Source of the DNA: Escherichia coli
GTDB taxonomy: Bacteria > Pseudomonadota > Gammaproteobacteria > Enterobacterales > Enterobacteriaceae
DNA: 64,000 nt
Reading direction: 5' to 3' (one strand)
Assembly: GCF_001677475.2 (NCBI RefSeq)
Contig: NZ_CP015229.1
In this document: in pieces, positions 26,706 to 36,678 of the stretch
Layout: each line of letters starts with the position of its first letter
How positions within the stretch are numbered: position 1 is the stretch's first letter
The notes under the pieces: model-generated
Databases searched by the model: none
Told to the model about the DNA's origin: nothing
What the model saw: the letters and a program-made list of their open reading frames with translations, nothing else
Program-made: the position numbers and the translations under genes

Positions 26706-27047
26706 ATGCGAATATTTGTCTACGGCAGTTTACGCCACAAACAAGGCAACAGTCACTGGATGACCAATGCCCAGTTACTGGGCGATTTCAGTATCGATAA
26801 CTACCAGTTGTATAGCCTGGGCCACTATCCAGGCGCAGTTCCGGGGAACGGAACAGTACACGGTGAAGTTTATCGTATTGACAACGCCACGCTGGCCGAA
26901 CTTGATGCCTTGCGCACCAGGGGCGGTGAATACGCGCGCCAGTTGATTCAGACGCCGTACGGGAGTGCATGGATGTACGTTTATCAACGACCCGTCGATG
27001 GATTAAAGCTAATTGAAAGCGGCGACTGGTTAGACAGGGATAAGTAA
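26706..27047 (+). CDS. ytfP: Gamma-glutamylcyclotransferase-like protein YtfP
   Basis: 113-aa ORF directly after tamB. Confidence 0.85.
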   Translation: MRIFVYGSLRHKQGNSHWMTNAQLLGDFSIDNYQLYSLGHYPGAVPGNGTVHGEVYRIDNATLAELDALRTRGGEYARQLIQTPYGSAWMYVYQRPVDGLKLIESGDWLDRDK

Positions 27048-27057
27048 TAATAAAAGC

Positions 27058-27084
27058 ACGCCACCTTCGGGTGGCGTTGTTTTA
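27058..27084 (+). terminator. Rho-independent terminator after ytfP
   Basis: ACGCCACC-ttcg-GGTGGCGT hairpin followed by TGTTTT. Confidence 0.7.
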
Positions 27085-27371
27085 TGCGATGTATCTCGCG
27101 ATTTTTTTTGTAACTTTCCCATCTTTTGCTTTTCTCTCCGAGCCGCTTTCCATATCTGCAATCGCATAAAAAACTCTGCTGGCGTTCACAAATGTGCAGG
27201 GGTAAAACGGGGGCACGCTTTGAACGGTGAGTATGAGTGAGGTCGGCTAACTTCCAGCAAGTGGCTATGAACAGCAAAATGGTGGTCGAGTTTAGCTTGT
27301 TCTTACCGTTCAAGCCTTTCAACTGCTGAAAATAATAATAGTGGAGTAGATAGTTTATAAATTGCGGGCAT

Positions 27372-27410
27372 AAAAAAACCCTTACTAACCGAAGCCCGGT
27401 GTTCAGGGTT
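27372..27410 (-). terminator. Rho-independent terminator after ppa
   Basis: AACCCT...AGGGTT hairpin followed by a T7 run on the minus strand, just 3' of the ppa stop. Confidence 0.65.
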
Positions 27411-27426
27411 ATTACGCTAGAAGAAC

Positions 27427-27957
27427 TTATTTATTCTTTGCGCGCTCGAAGGAGGCAACGATTTCAGCTTTAGCGGCTTCTGCGTTTTCCCAACCTTCAA
27501 CTTTCACCCACTTGCCTTTTTCGAGGTCTTTGTAGTGCTCGAAGAAGTGAGCGATCTGCGCTTTCAGCAGCTCTGGCAGATCGTTAACGTCTTTAATGTG
27601 ATCGTATTCTTTGCTCAGCTTGGTGTGCGGAACAGCAATCAGTTTCGCATCTTCACCGGCTTCGTCGGTCATTTTCAGAACGCCAACCGGACGGCAGCGG
27701 ATCACAGAACCAGGCTGCAGCGGGTACGGAGTCGGGACCAGTACATCAACCGGGTCACCGTCCAGAGACAGGGTGTGGTTGATGTAACCGTAGTTGCACG
27801 GATAGAACATCGCGGTGGACATGAAGCGGTCAACGAACAGTGCGCCGCTCTCTTTGTCGATTTCGTATTTGATCGGATCTGCGTTAGCCGGGATCTCAAT
27901 AACAACGTAGATGTCTTCCGGCAGATCTTTACCCGCAGGGACGTTGAGTAAGCTCAT
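27427..27957 (-). CDS. ppa: Inorganic pyrophosphatase
   Basis: 176-aa ORF, family I soluble pyrophosphatase. Confidence 0.95.
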   Translation of the reverse strand: MSLLNVPAGKDLPEDIYVVIEIPANADPIKYEIDKESGALFVDRFMSTAMFYPCNYGYINHTLSLDGDPVDVLVPTPYPLQPGSVIRCRPVGVLKMTDEAGEDAKLIAVPHTKLSKEYDHIKDVNDLPELLKAQIAHFFEHYKDLEKGKWVKVEGWENAEAAKAEIVASFERAKNK

Positions 27958-28266
27958 GTCTGTTTCCTTTAAAAATATGTGGCAAACAAGTGCCGAGTAT
28001 TATAGCCAACTCGCGCCGAATGTCTTCGCTTGTTTTCGTCTTCATTTTCCTTTTTCGCCAGTTTTAAGACGGTATGCAGAGCAGAAAAATCCATAACCGT
28101 AGCCGCATTTTTCATAGTGAGATGAAAGCGATTACAAACTTGTGATTAACGTTTTATTTACTTTTTTGAAGTGTGATGTAACGCAATCCGTTACATAACG
28201 AATTGTCTATAGTTTTTTCGCGAACATCTTTTCACCAATAATAATTACCCCGACGAGGACAACCCT

Positions 28267-28677
28267 ATGTGGAAACGCTTACTTGTAGTCTCTGCAGTCT
28301 CGGCAGCCATGTCGTCTATGGCGTTGGCCGCTCCTTTAACCGTAGGATTTTCGCAGGTCGGATCGGAATCCGGCTGGCGCGCAGCAGAAACCAATGTGGC
28401 GAAAAGTGAGGCCGAAAAACGCGGAATTACGTTGAAAATCGCCGATGGTCAGCAAAAGCAGGAAAACCAGATTAAAGCGGTACGTTCCTTCGTTGCACAA
28501 GGGGTGGATGCGATCTTTATCGCTCCGGTGGTTGCGACGGGTTGGGAACCGGTATTAAAAGAGGCGAAAGATGCCGAAATCCCGGTCTTTTTGCTCGATC
28601 GTTCCATCGATGTGAAAGACAAATCTCTCTATATGACCACTGTTACTGCTGACAACATCCTCGAAGGTAAGTTATGA
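28267..28677 (+). pseudogene. ytfQ: ytfQ 5' fragment (galactofuranose-binding periplasmic protein), truncated by an IS insertion
   Basis: Signal peptide and N-terminal 135 residues up to ...ILEGKL, then a stop created at the IS junction. Confidence 0.85.
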
Positions 28678-28765
28678 GACGACAATAACTCAGTCCGCCT
28701 GGCGCCGATTATTCTGGCCGGTTTTGTAACCTGAGTGTCATTTACATGATCCAACAGGAAATGGC

Positions 28766-30265
28766 GTGACGCTCAATACTTCTCAGGTCAGTTACTATAT
28801 GACTCAGCGTAAGAAAGGTATAACTCAGCATATCTCGGCCATGAAGGCTGGTATCTCAGTCCGTTCTGGTCGTCGGATCGAAAAAGGAGAGTGGGCAAAA
28901 AACAGTGTTCGGCACTGGCGCACACGCAAAGATCCTCTGGAAGCTGTGTGGGACAGCATGCTTGTTCCTCTGTTGAAAGAGAGGCCGGCTCTGACACCAA
29001 CAACTCTACTGGAGATGCTACAGGATAAATATCCCGGCCAGTACCCCAACAGCCTTCGAAGAACAATGCAACGGCGGGTTCGCGAATGGAAACTACAGTA
29101 TGGTACAGAGCAGGAGGTCATGTTCCGCCAGCAACATCAGCCCGGCCTGCGAGGCCTGTCGGACTTTACTGAACTGAAAGGTGTAGTTGTCACCATCGCC
29201 GGTAAGTTGTTGGCGCATAAGTTGTATCACTTCCGTCTGGAATGGAGCCACTGGAGCTGGATGCGGGTTGTTCTGGGTGGTGAGAGCTTCTCTGCTCTGG
29301 CTGAAGGCCTGCAGGAAGCCCTCGGACAACTGGGCGGAGTGCCGGTAGAACATAAAACGGACAGCCTGAGGGCAGCATGGAAACAACAGGGCGAAGATGG
29401 ACGCCGCGAGCTGACTGAGCGTTATGCTACTCTCTGTCAGCACTACGGAATGCAGGGCGTACACAATAATGCCGGTCGGGGCCACGAAAATGGCTCGGTT
29501 GAAAGTGCCCACGGACATCTGAAAAGGCGTATCTGTCAGGCGCTGATACTGCGGGGCAGTAACGACTTCAGCACCATAGAAGAATATCAGGCCTTCATCA
29601 CTCAGCAGGTTATGCGGCACAACCGTAACAATCAGGATCTGGTCAAGGAAGAACGTCTTCATCTGAAACCGCTGCCGCTTCGTCGCAGTGCTGACTATGA
29701 TGAGCTGACTGTGAGGGTTAGTCGCAGCAGTACCATCAATGTGAAGCACGTCGTCTACAGCGTACCTTCCCGGCTTGTAGGTCAACTGTTACGGGTCAGG
29801 TTATGGGACGATCGTCTGAGCTGTTACGTTGGCAGCAGCGAGGTCATGAGCTGCCCTCGCGTCAGACCAGAAAAAGGGAAGACGCGGGCCCGTCGTATCG
29901 ACTTCCGACATGTGATCGACAGTCTGGCAAAAAAGCCCGGTGCGTTCTGCCATGCAACGCTGAGAAATGACATCCTGCCGGACGATGAATGGCGGAGGCT
30001 GTGGCGTCGCTTATGTAATCATCTGGAGCCCGATATGGCAGGAAGGCTGATGGTACATGCCCTGAAACTGGCTGCAGGATACGACGATATCTCAGTCGTG
30101 GCAAAAGGTATGGAGCAGATGCTGAATACCCCGGGAAACGTGGATCTGCACCGGCTGATGCGCTTCCTGGGTATAAAAGAAAAGGCGTTGCCGGTAGTCA
30201 ATGTGATACAGCATAACCTGAGCAGTTATGAGCAACTACTGCGTGGCAAGGGAGGTTCGCAGTGA
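28766..30265 (+). CDS. istA: IS21-family transposase IstA
   Basis: 499-aa ORF (GTG start) with an N-terminal HTH-like region; followed by overlapping istB. Confidence 0.8.
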   Translation: MTLNTSQVSYYMTQRKKGITQHISAMKAGISVRSGRRIEKGEWAKNSVRHWRTRKDPLEAVWDSMLVPLLKERPALTPTTLLEMLQDKYPGQYPNSLRRTMQRRVREWKLQYGTEQEVMFRQQHQPGLRGLSDFTELKGVVVTIAGKLLAHKLYHFRLEWSHWSWMRVVLGGESFSALAEGLQEALGQLGGVPVEHKTDSLRAAWKQQGEDGRRELTERYATLCQHYGMQGVHNNAGRGHENGSVESAHGHLKRRICQALILRGSNDFSTIEEYQAFITQQVMRHNRNNQDLVKEERLHLKPLPLRRSADYDELTVRVSRSSTINVKHVVYSVPSRLVGQLLRVRLWDDRLSCYVGSSEVMSCPRVRPEKGKTRARRIDFRHVIDSLAKKPGAFCHATLRNDILPDDEWRRLWRRLCNHLEPDMAGRLMVHALKLAAGYDDISVVAKGMEQMLNTPGNVDLHRLMRFLGIKEKALPVVNVIQHNLSSYEQLLRGKGGSQ

Positions 30266-31017
30266 GCAATATCCATCACCTTGAACATAGCCTGCGTAAA
30301 CTACGCCTGACACGAGTTGGAGCTGAATGGCACGCTCTGGAAAAACGAGCGCTGGCAGAAGGCTGGACACCATCGCGCTATCTTCTGACGCTATGCAATG
30401 AAGAACTCCTGTGGCGCGAGAGTGAAAAACTGCGTCGTTATAAAAAGGAGGCCCGGTTGCCAGTTGCCAAAACGCTGAGCGAATACGACTTCAGTCAGGT
30501 GCCGGAACTGAATGGAGCTCAGTTCCGGCAACTCTGTGAAACGACAGACTGGGTTGATGCAGGAGAAAACGTTCTGCTGTTCGGAGCCAGCGGGTTGGGG
30601 AAAAGCCATCTGGCGGCAGCGATCGTGGATGGCGTAGTAGGTCAGGGCTACCGGGCCCGGTTCTACAGCGCAGGAGAGCTGTTGCAGGAACTACGTAAAG
30701 CCAGAGCTCAGTTGAAACTGAATGAGCTGCTACTGAAACTGGATCGCTACCGGGTGATAGTGGTGGATGATCTTGGCTATGTCAAACGCGATAGTGCCGA
30801 AACGGGTGTGCTGTTCGAGTTAATAGCGCATCGCTATGAACGTGGGAGCCTGGTGATAACCAGTAACCATCCGTTCAGCATGTGGGGCAGCATCTTCGTG
30901 GATGAGACTATGGCGGTGGCTGCGGCAGACAGGCTGATCCATCACGGATATATGTTCGAACTGAAAGGGGAAAGCTACAGGAAAAAGACAGCGAAGGCAG
31001 TAACAAGCGCGACTTGA
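30262..31017 (+). CDS. istB: IS21-family helper ATPase IstB
   Basis: 251-aa ORF with Walker A GASGLGKSHLA; start overlaps the istA stop. Confidence 0.85.
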   Translation: MSNIHHLEHSLRKLRLTRVGAEWHALEKRALAEGWTPSRYLLTLCNEELLWRESEKLRRYKKEARLPVAKTLSEYDFSQVPELNGAQFRQLCETTDWVDAGENVLLFGASGLGKSHLAAAIVDGVVGQGYRARFYSAGELLQELRKARAQLKLNELLLKLDRYRVIVVDDLGYVKRDSAETGVLFELIAHRYERGSLVITSNHPFSMWGSIFVDETMAVAAADRLIHHGYMFELKGESYRKKTAKAVTSAT

Positions 31018-31084
31018 TGTCGCCCTGAAGGGTGCGGCCAGTATAGTTGGCGCGAGTCGGCAAAACTAGTTGACGTCTAATAGT

Positions 31085-31639
31085 AAGTTGATTGGTGACT
31101 GGCTGGTAAAAGAAGTCAACGGCAAACCGTGTAACGTGGTTGAGTTGCAGGGGACGGTTGGGGCAAGCGTTGCCATTGACCGTAAAAAAGGCTTTGCCGA
31201 AGCCATTAAGAGTGCGCCAAACATCAAAATCATCCGCTCACAGTCCGGTGACTTCACCCGTAGTAAAGGCAAAGAAGTGATGGAGAGCTTTATCAAAGCG
31301 GAAAACAACGGCAAAAACATCTGCATGGTTTACGCCCATAACGACGACATGGTGATTGGCGCAATTCAGGCAATTAAAGAAGCGGGACTGAAACCGGGCA
31401 AAGATATCCTCACGGGTTCCATTGACGGCGTGCCGGATATCTACAAAGCGATGATGGATGGCGAAGCGAACGCCAGCGTTGAATTGACGCCGAACATGGC
31501 AGGCCCCGCTTTTGACGCGCTGGAGAAATACAAAAAAGACGGCACTATGCCTGAAAAGTTGACCCTGACCAAATCCACCCTTTACCTGCCTGATACTGCA
31601 AAAGAAGAGTTAGAGAAGAAGAAAAATATGGGGTATTGA
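31085..31639 (+). pseudogene. ytfQ: ytfQ 3' fragment
   Basis: Reading frame resumes at ...KLIGDWLVKEVNGKPCNVVELQG... and runs to the native stop; the track ORF begins at a TTG inside the IS end (31070). Confidence 0.85.
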
Positions 31640-31649
31640 GGGACATCAA

Positions 31650-31805
31650 TACCTGATGCCGACTTGTACGCCGCCGGATAAGGCGTTTATGCCGCATCCG
31701 GCGGTTGTGTGCGGATGCCTGATGCGACGCTGGCGCGTCTTATCATGCCTACGAGTTCGATACTCTGTGTAGGCCGGATAAGGCGTTCACGCCGCATCCG
31801 GCAGT
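31650..31805. repeat. REP/BIME cluster (at least three palindromic units)
   Basis: Repeated GCCGGATAAGGCG...GCCGCATCCGGC-type units between ytfQ and ytfR. Confidence 0.75.
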
Positions 31806-31839
31806 TGTGCAGTACCGGACTTAACACCATGCACAATCT

Positions 31840-31879
31840 GTCCCCTCGCCCCTTCGGGGAGAGGGTTAGGGTGAGGGGG
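31840..31879. repeat. GC-rich hairpin repeat, copy 1 (TCCCCTCGCCCCTTCGGGGAGAGGGTTAGGGTGAGGGGG)
   Basis: A near-identical element recurs at 41350..41389. Confidence 0.6.
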
Positions 31880-31951
31880 ACAAACGGCGCAGCTCTTAAC
31901 ATCAGGCACGATCTATTCCCAGACTTTTAGAGCGTGGCTAAGGGGGAAACC

Positions 31952-33454
31952 ATGACGACCGACCAACACCAGGAAATCCTCCGCACCGAAGGATTAAGTA
32001 AATTTTTCCCCGGCGTCAAAGCGTTAGATAACGTTAATTTCAGCCTGCGCCGTGGCGAAATCATGGCGCTGCTCGGTGAAAACGGGGCGGGAAAATCAAC
32101 GCTAATCAAAGCATTAACCGGTGTATACCACGCCGATCGCGGCACCATCTGGCTGGAAGGCCAGGCTATCTCACCGAAAAATACCGCCCATGCACAACAA
32201 CTCGGCATCGGCACCGTCTATCAGGAAGTCAACCTGCTACCCAATATGTCGGTTGCTGATAATCTATTCATAGGTCGCGAACCCAAACGTTTCGGCCTTC
32301 TACGCCGTAAAGAGATGGAAAAGCGCGCCACCGAACTGATGGCATCTTACGGTTTCTCCCTCAACGTGCGCGAACCGCTCAACCGCTTTTCAGTCGCGAT
32401 GCAGCAAATCGTTGCCATCTGCCGGGCTATCGATCTCTCTGCCAAAGTGCTGATCCTCGATGAACCCACCGCCAGTCTCGACACCCAGGAAGTGGAATTA
32501 TTATTTGGCCTGATGCGTCAGCTTCGCGATCGCGGCGTCAGCCTGATCTTTGTCACTCACTTTCTCGATCAGGTCTATCAGGTCAGCGATCGGATCACCG
32601 TCTTACGCAACGGCAGTTTCGTAGGCTGTCGGGAAACGCGCGAGCTACCGCAGATCGAACTGGTAAAAATGATGCTGGGGCGCGAGCTGGATACCCACGC
32701 GCTACAGCGTGCCGGGCGAACGTTACTGAGCGACAAACCCGTTGCCGCGTTTAACAATTACGGCAAGAAAGGAACGATCACGCCGTTTGATCTCGAAGTA
32801 CGCCCCGGCGAGATCGTCGGCCTGGCTGGCCTGCTGGGTTCCGGGCGTACCGAAACCGCCGAAGTGATCTTCGGGATCAAACCCGCCGACAGCGGCACGG
32901 CGCTGATCAAAGGCAAACCGCAAACCCTGCGATCGCCACATCAGGCTTCGGTTCTTGGCATCGGCTTTTGCCCGGAAGACAGGAAAACCGATGGCATCAT
33001 CGCCGCCGCCTCGGTGCGGGAAAATATCATCCTGGCGCTACAGGCCCAGCGCGGCTGGCTGCGACCAATTTCCCGCAAAGAACAGCAAGAAATTGCCGAA
33101 CGCTTTATCCGCCAGCTTGGCATTCGCACCCCTTCCACTGAACAGCCGATAGAGTTTCTCTCCGGTGGCAATCAGCAAAAAGTGTTGCTCTCACGCTGGC
33201 TGCTCACCCGACCGCAATTTCTGATCCTCGACGAGCCAACCCGCGGCATTGATGTTGGTGCCCACGCCGAGATCATTCGCCTGATTGAAACGCTGTGCGC
33301 CGACGGTCTGGCGCTGCTGGTGATCTCCTCCGAACTGGAAGAGCTGGTAGGCTATGCCGATCGGGTGATCATCATGCGCGATCGCAAACAGGTGGCGGAG
33401 ATCCCGCTGGCAGAGCTTTCCGTTCCGGCGATCATGAACGCCATTGCGGCGTAA
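31952..33454 (+). CDS. ytfR: ABC transporter ATP-binding protein YtfR (tandem ATPase domains)
   Basis: Two Walker A motifs (GENGAGKST, GLLGSGRTE); start taken at the ATG at 31952 (500 aa). Confidence 0.9.
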   Translation: MTTDQHQEILRTEGLSKFFPGVKALDNVNFSLRRGEIMALLGENGAGKSTLIKALTGVYHADRGTIWLEGQAISPKNTAHAQQLGIGTVYQEVNLLPNMSVADNLFIGREPKRFGLLRRKEMEKRATELMASYGFSLNVREPLNRFSVAMQQIVAICRAIDLSAKVLILDEPTASLDTQEVELLFGLMRQLRDRGVSLIFVTHFLDQVYQVSDRITVLRNGSFVGCRETRELPQIELVKMMLGRELDTHALQRAGRTLLSDKPVAAFNNYGKKGTITPFDLEVRPGEIVGLAGLLGSGRTETAEVIFGIKPADSGTALIKGKPQTLRSPHQASVLGIGFCPEDRKTDGIIAAASVRENIILALQAQRGWLRPISRKEQQEIAERFIRQLGIRTPSTEQPIEFLSGGNQQKVLLSRWLLTRPQFLILDEPTRGIDVGAHAEIIRLIETLCADGLALLVISSELEELVGYADRVIIMRDRKQVAEIPLAELSVPAIMNAIAA

Positions 33455-33464
33455 GGAGAACAGT

Positions 33465-34490
33465 GTGATGCCTCAATCTCTCCCGGACACCACGCCGCCA
33501 AAAAGGCGCTTTCGCTGGCCGACGGGGATGCCGCAGCTGGTAGCGCTATTGCTGGTGCTGCTGGTCGACAGCCTGGTGGCCCCGCATTTCTGGCAGGTGG
33601 TGCTTCAGGATGGGCGTTTGTTCGGTAGCCCTATCGACATTCTTAACCGTGCGGCTCCCGTTGCGCTGTTGGCTATCGGAATGACGCTGGTGATCGCAAC
33701 AGGTGGGATTGATCTCTCTGTGGGGGCGGTGATGGCTATCGCCGGAGCCACAACGGCTGCGATGACGGTCGCGGGATTCAGCCTGCCGATTGTTTTGTTA
33801 AGCGCCCTGGGCACCGGCATCCTGGCGGGATTGTGGAACGGCATACTGGTAGCGATCCTCAAAATTCAGCCGTTTGTCGCCACCTTGATCCTGATGGTCG
33901 CCGGGCGCGGCGTGGCGCAACTGATCACCGCCGGGCAGATCGTCACGTTTAACTCGCCGGATCTCTCATGGTTTGGCAGTGGATCGCTATTGTTCCTGCC
34001 AACACCAGTCATTATTGCGGTACTGACGCTTCTCCTGTTCTGGCTGTTGACCCGCAAAACGGCACTGGGGATGTTTATCGAAGCCGTTGGTATCAACATT
34101 CGGGCGGCAAAAAATGCCGGGGTAAACACGCGAATCATCGTCATGCTCACCTACGTGTTGAGCGGGCTATGTGCGGCGATTGCGGGCATTATCGTGGCGG
34201 CGGATATTCGCGGTGCCGATGCCAACAACGCCGGATTATGGCTGGAGCTGGACGCAATTCTCGCGGTGGTGATTGGCGGCGGATCGCTGATGGGCGGGCG
34301 CTTTAACCTGCTGCTTTCAGTGGTGGGGGCGCTGATTATTCAGGGAATGAACACCGGAATTTTGCTTTCTGGCTTTCCGCCGGAGATGAACCAGGTCGTA
34401 AAAGCGGTGGTGGTGCTTTGCGTGCTGATTGTCCAGTCGCAACGCTTTATCAGTCTGATTAAAGGGGTACGTAGCCATGATAAAACGTAA
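33465..34490 (+). CDS. ytfT: ABC transporter permease YtfT
   Basis: Hydrophobic ORF; AAGGAG Shine-Dalgarno-like sequence before the GTG/ATG at 33465/33468. Confidence 0.88.
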   Translation: MMPQSLPDTTPPKRRFRWPTGMPQLVALLLVLLVDSLVAPHFWQVVLQDGRLFGSPIDILNRAAPVALLAIGMTLVIATGGIDLSVGAVMAIAGATTAAMTVAGFSLPIVLLSALGTGILAGLWNGILVAILKIQPFVATLILMVAGRGVAQLITAGQIVTFNSPDLSWFGSGSLLFLPTPVIIAVLTLLLFWLLTRKTALGMFIEAVGINIRAAKNAGVNTRIIVMLTYVLSGLCAAIAGIIVAADIRGADANNAGLWLELDAILAVVIGGGSLMGGRFNLLLSVVGALIIQGMNTGILLSGFPPEMNQVVKAVVVLCVLIVQSQRFISLIKGVRSHDKT

Positions 34491-35472
34491 TTTGCCACTG
34501 ATGATCACCATCGGCGTCTTTGTGCTGGGCTATCTCTACTGTCTGACCCAGTTTCCCGGTTTTGCTTCCACAAGAGTGATCTGCAATATCCTGACCGATA
34601 ATGCCTTTCTTGGGATAATCGCCGTTGGCATGACCTTTGTGATCCTCTCCGGTGGGATCGATCTCTCCGTCGGTTCGGTGATCGCCTTTACTGGCGTGTT
34701 TCTGGCAAAAGTGATTGGCGATTTCGGCCTCTCGCCGCTGCTGGCGTTTCCGCTAGTGCTGGTGATGGGCTGTGCCTTCGGCGCATTTATGGGGCTTCTG
34801 ATCGACGCCCTGAAGATCCCGGCATTTATCATTACGCTTGCGGGGATGTTCTTTTTGCGCGGCGTCAGCTATCTCGTTTCGGAAGAGTCGATCCCGATAA
34901 ACCATCCCATTTATGACACGCTCTCAAGCCTTGCGTGGAAAATCCCTGGCGGCGGTCGCTTAAGTGCGATGGGACTGCTGATGTTGGCGGTGGTGGTTAT
35001 CGGCATATTCCTCGCGCATCGTACCCGTTTTGGTAATCAGGTATACGCCATTGGCGGCAACGCAACGTCGGCGAATCTGATGGGGATTTCCACTCGCAGC
35101 ACCACTATTCGCATTTATATGCTCTCCACCGGACTGGCAACGCTGGCGGGGATTGTCTTCTCGATTTATACCCAGGCCGGATATGCGCTGGCGGGCGTAG
35201 GAGTGGAACTGGATGCTATCGCCTCAGTGGTAATTGGCGGTACGCTTTTGAGCGGTGGCGTTGGAACGGTATTAGGGACGCTTTTTGGCGTGGCGATTCA
35301 GGGACTGATTCAGACTTACATAAACTTTGATGGCACGCTGAGCTCATGGTGGACGAAAATCGCCATCGGTATTTTGTTGTTTATTTTTATAGCATTACAG
35401 CGTGGATTAACGGTGCTGTGGGAGAATCGTCAGAGTTCGCCTGTGACAAGAGTCAACATTGTGCAGCGATAA
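34477..35472 (+). CDS. yjfF: ABC transporter permease YjfF
   Basis: 331-aa hydrophobic ORF overlapping the ytfT 3' end. Confidence 0.9.
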   Translation: MIKRNLPLMITIGVFVLGYLYCLTQFPGFASTRVICNILTDNAFLGIIAVGMTFVILSGGIDLSVGSVIAFTGVFLAKVIGDFGLSPLLAFPLVLVMGCAFGAFMGLLIDALKIPAFIITLAGMFFLRGVSYLVSEESIPINHPIYDTLSSLAWKIPGGGRLSAMGLLMLAVVVIGIFLAHRTRFGNQVYAIGGNATSANLMGISTRSTTIRIYMLSTGLATLAGIVFSIYTQAGYALAGVGVELDAIASVVIGGTLLSGGVGTVLGTLFGVAIQGLIQTYINFDGTLSSWWTKIAIGILLFIFIALQRGLTVLWENRQSSPVTRVNIVQR

Positions 35473-35504
35473 AAACGCCTCTCCGTGTGGAGAGGCGCAG
35501 GAGA

Positions 35505-36503
35505 TTACGCGTCCGGGAACTCACGGATAAAGCGTTCGACATCTTCAACCATATGGTCGTTGCCGACAAAGAATGAACGGCGCTGGTGCAGGGTTTCCGG
35601 GATGATATCCAGAATACGCTCTTTGCCATCGCTCGCTTTACCGCCCGCTTGTTCCGCCAGGAATGCCATCGGGTTGCACTCATACAGCAAACGCAGTTTG
35701 CCGTCCGGGTGGCTGGCGGTACTTGGGTAGAGATAAATACCGCCTTTCAGCAGGTTACGGTGGAAATCCGCAACCAGTGAGCCGATATAACGTGAGGTAT
35801 ACGGGCGGTTGGTGGACTTATCTTCTTCCTGGCAGAATTTAATGTACTTCTTCACCCCGTTCGGAAACTTAATGTAGTTTCCTTCGTTGATGGAGTAGGT
35901 TTTGCCTTTCTCCGGGAAGCGCATCCGTTCCTGGCACAGACAGAAAACGCCGAGCGAAGGATCGTAAGTAAAGGCGTGAACACCGCATCCGGTGGTGTAA
36001 ACCAGCATGGTAGAGGAGCCGTATACCACGTAACCTGCCGCAACCTGCTTGTTACCAGGCTGGAGGAAATCTTCTTCCGTTACCGGCGTGCCAACAGGCG
36101 TAACGCGGCGGTAGATGGAGAAAATGGTACCGACAGAGACGTTAACATCGATGTTGGACGAGCCATCCAGGGGGTCCATCAGCACCACGTATTTTGCGTG
36201 TTCACAGCCTTCAAAGACGACAATCTCATCTTCTTCTTCAGAGGCAATGCCCGCAACGATATCGCGTGCTTTCAGTGCGGCTTTCAGTTTTTCATTAGCG
36301 AACAAGTCGAGTTTCTGCTGAACCTCGCCCTGCACATTCTCAGCACCGCTGGCACCCAGGATATCAACCAGTCCTGCTTTGTTGATATCGCGATGGATAA
36401 TCTTGGCGCCCAGTTTTATTGCCGACAGCAAAGCAGTGAGCTCACCGGTAGCATGAGAAAACTCGTGCTGCTTTTCGACAATAAATTCACCTAACGTTTT
36501 CAT
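35505..36503 (-). CDS. fbp: Fructose-1,6-bisphosphatase class 1
   Basis: 332-aa product from [12 protein letters not shown]; the track ORF is extended upstream. Confidence 0.93.
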
Positions 36504-36678
36504 AAAACTTTCCCTGCAATGTTTATGGAGTAAAGCGACCGCAACAATCTTAACAAATAATCTCAATGTTGCGCTCAGGTGAATCGCGCCAGCAAATTGC
36601 GGATTATCCTGAAATGCGTTTCTCACTTGCCCGACATATGCGTAAAATGAGCGGCAGATTAAAAAAGGATAGTGACGT

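Larger units (their letters stand above)
28674..31082 (+). mobile_element. IS21-family insertion sequence (istA-istB), about 2.4 kb, inserted in ytfQ
   Basis: Interrupts the ytfQ reading frame; carries overlapping istA/istB; imperfect terminal inverted repeats (TGAGACGAC... / ...GTCGTCTAA-like) and a probable short direct repeat GTAAGTT at 28667..28673 and 31083..31089; exact ends uncertain by a few bp. Confidence 0.8.

Noticed and set aside
26984-27322. 112-aa minus-strand ORF in the ytfP-ppa gap as a possible chpSB remnant or new small gene
   Set aside because: No similarity to ChpS/ChpB as recalled, no ribosome-binding site, and it overlaps the ytfP 3' end and terminator
31687-31930. Small ORFs (71 and 73 aa) over the ytfQ-ytfR spacer
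   Set aside because: They are made of REP/BIME palindromes and the GC-rich hairpin repeat; the open frames are by-products of repeat sequence
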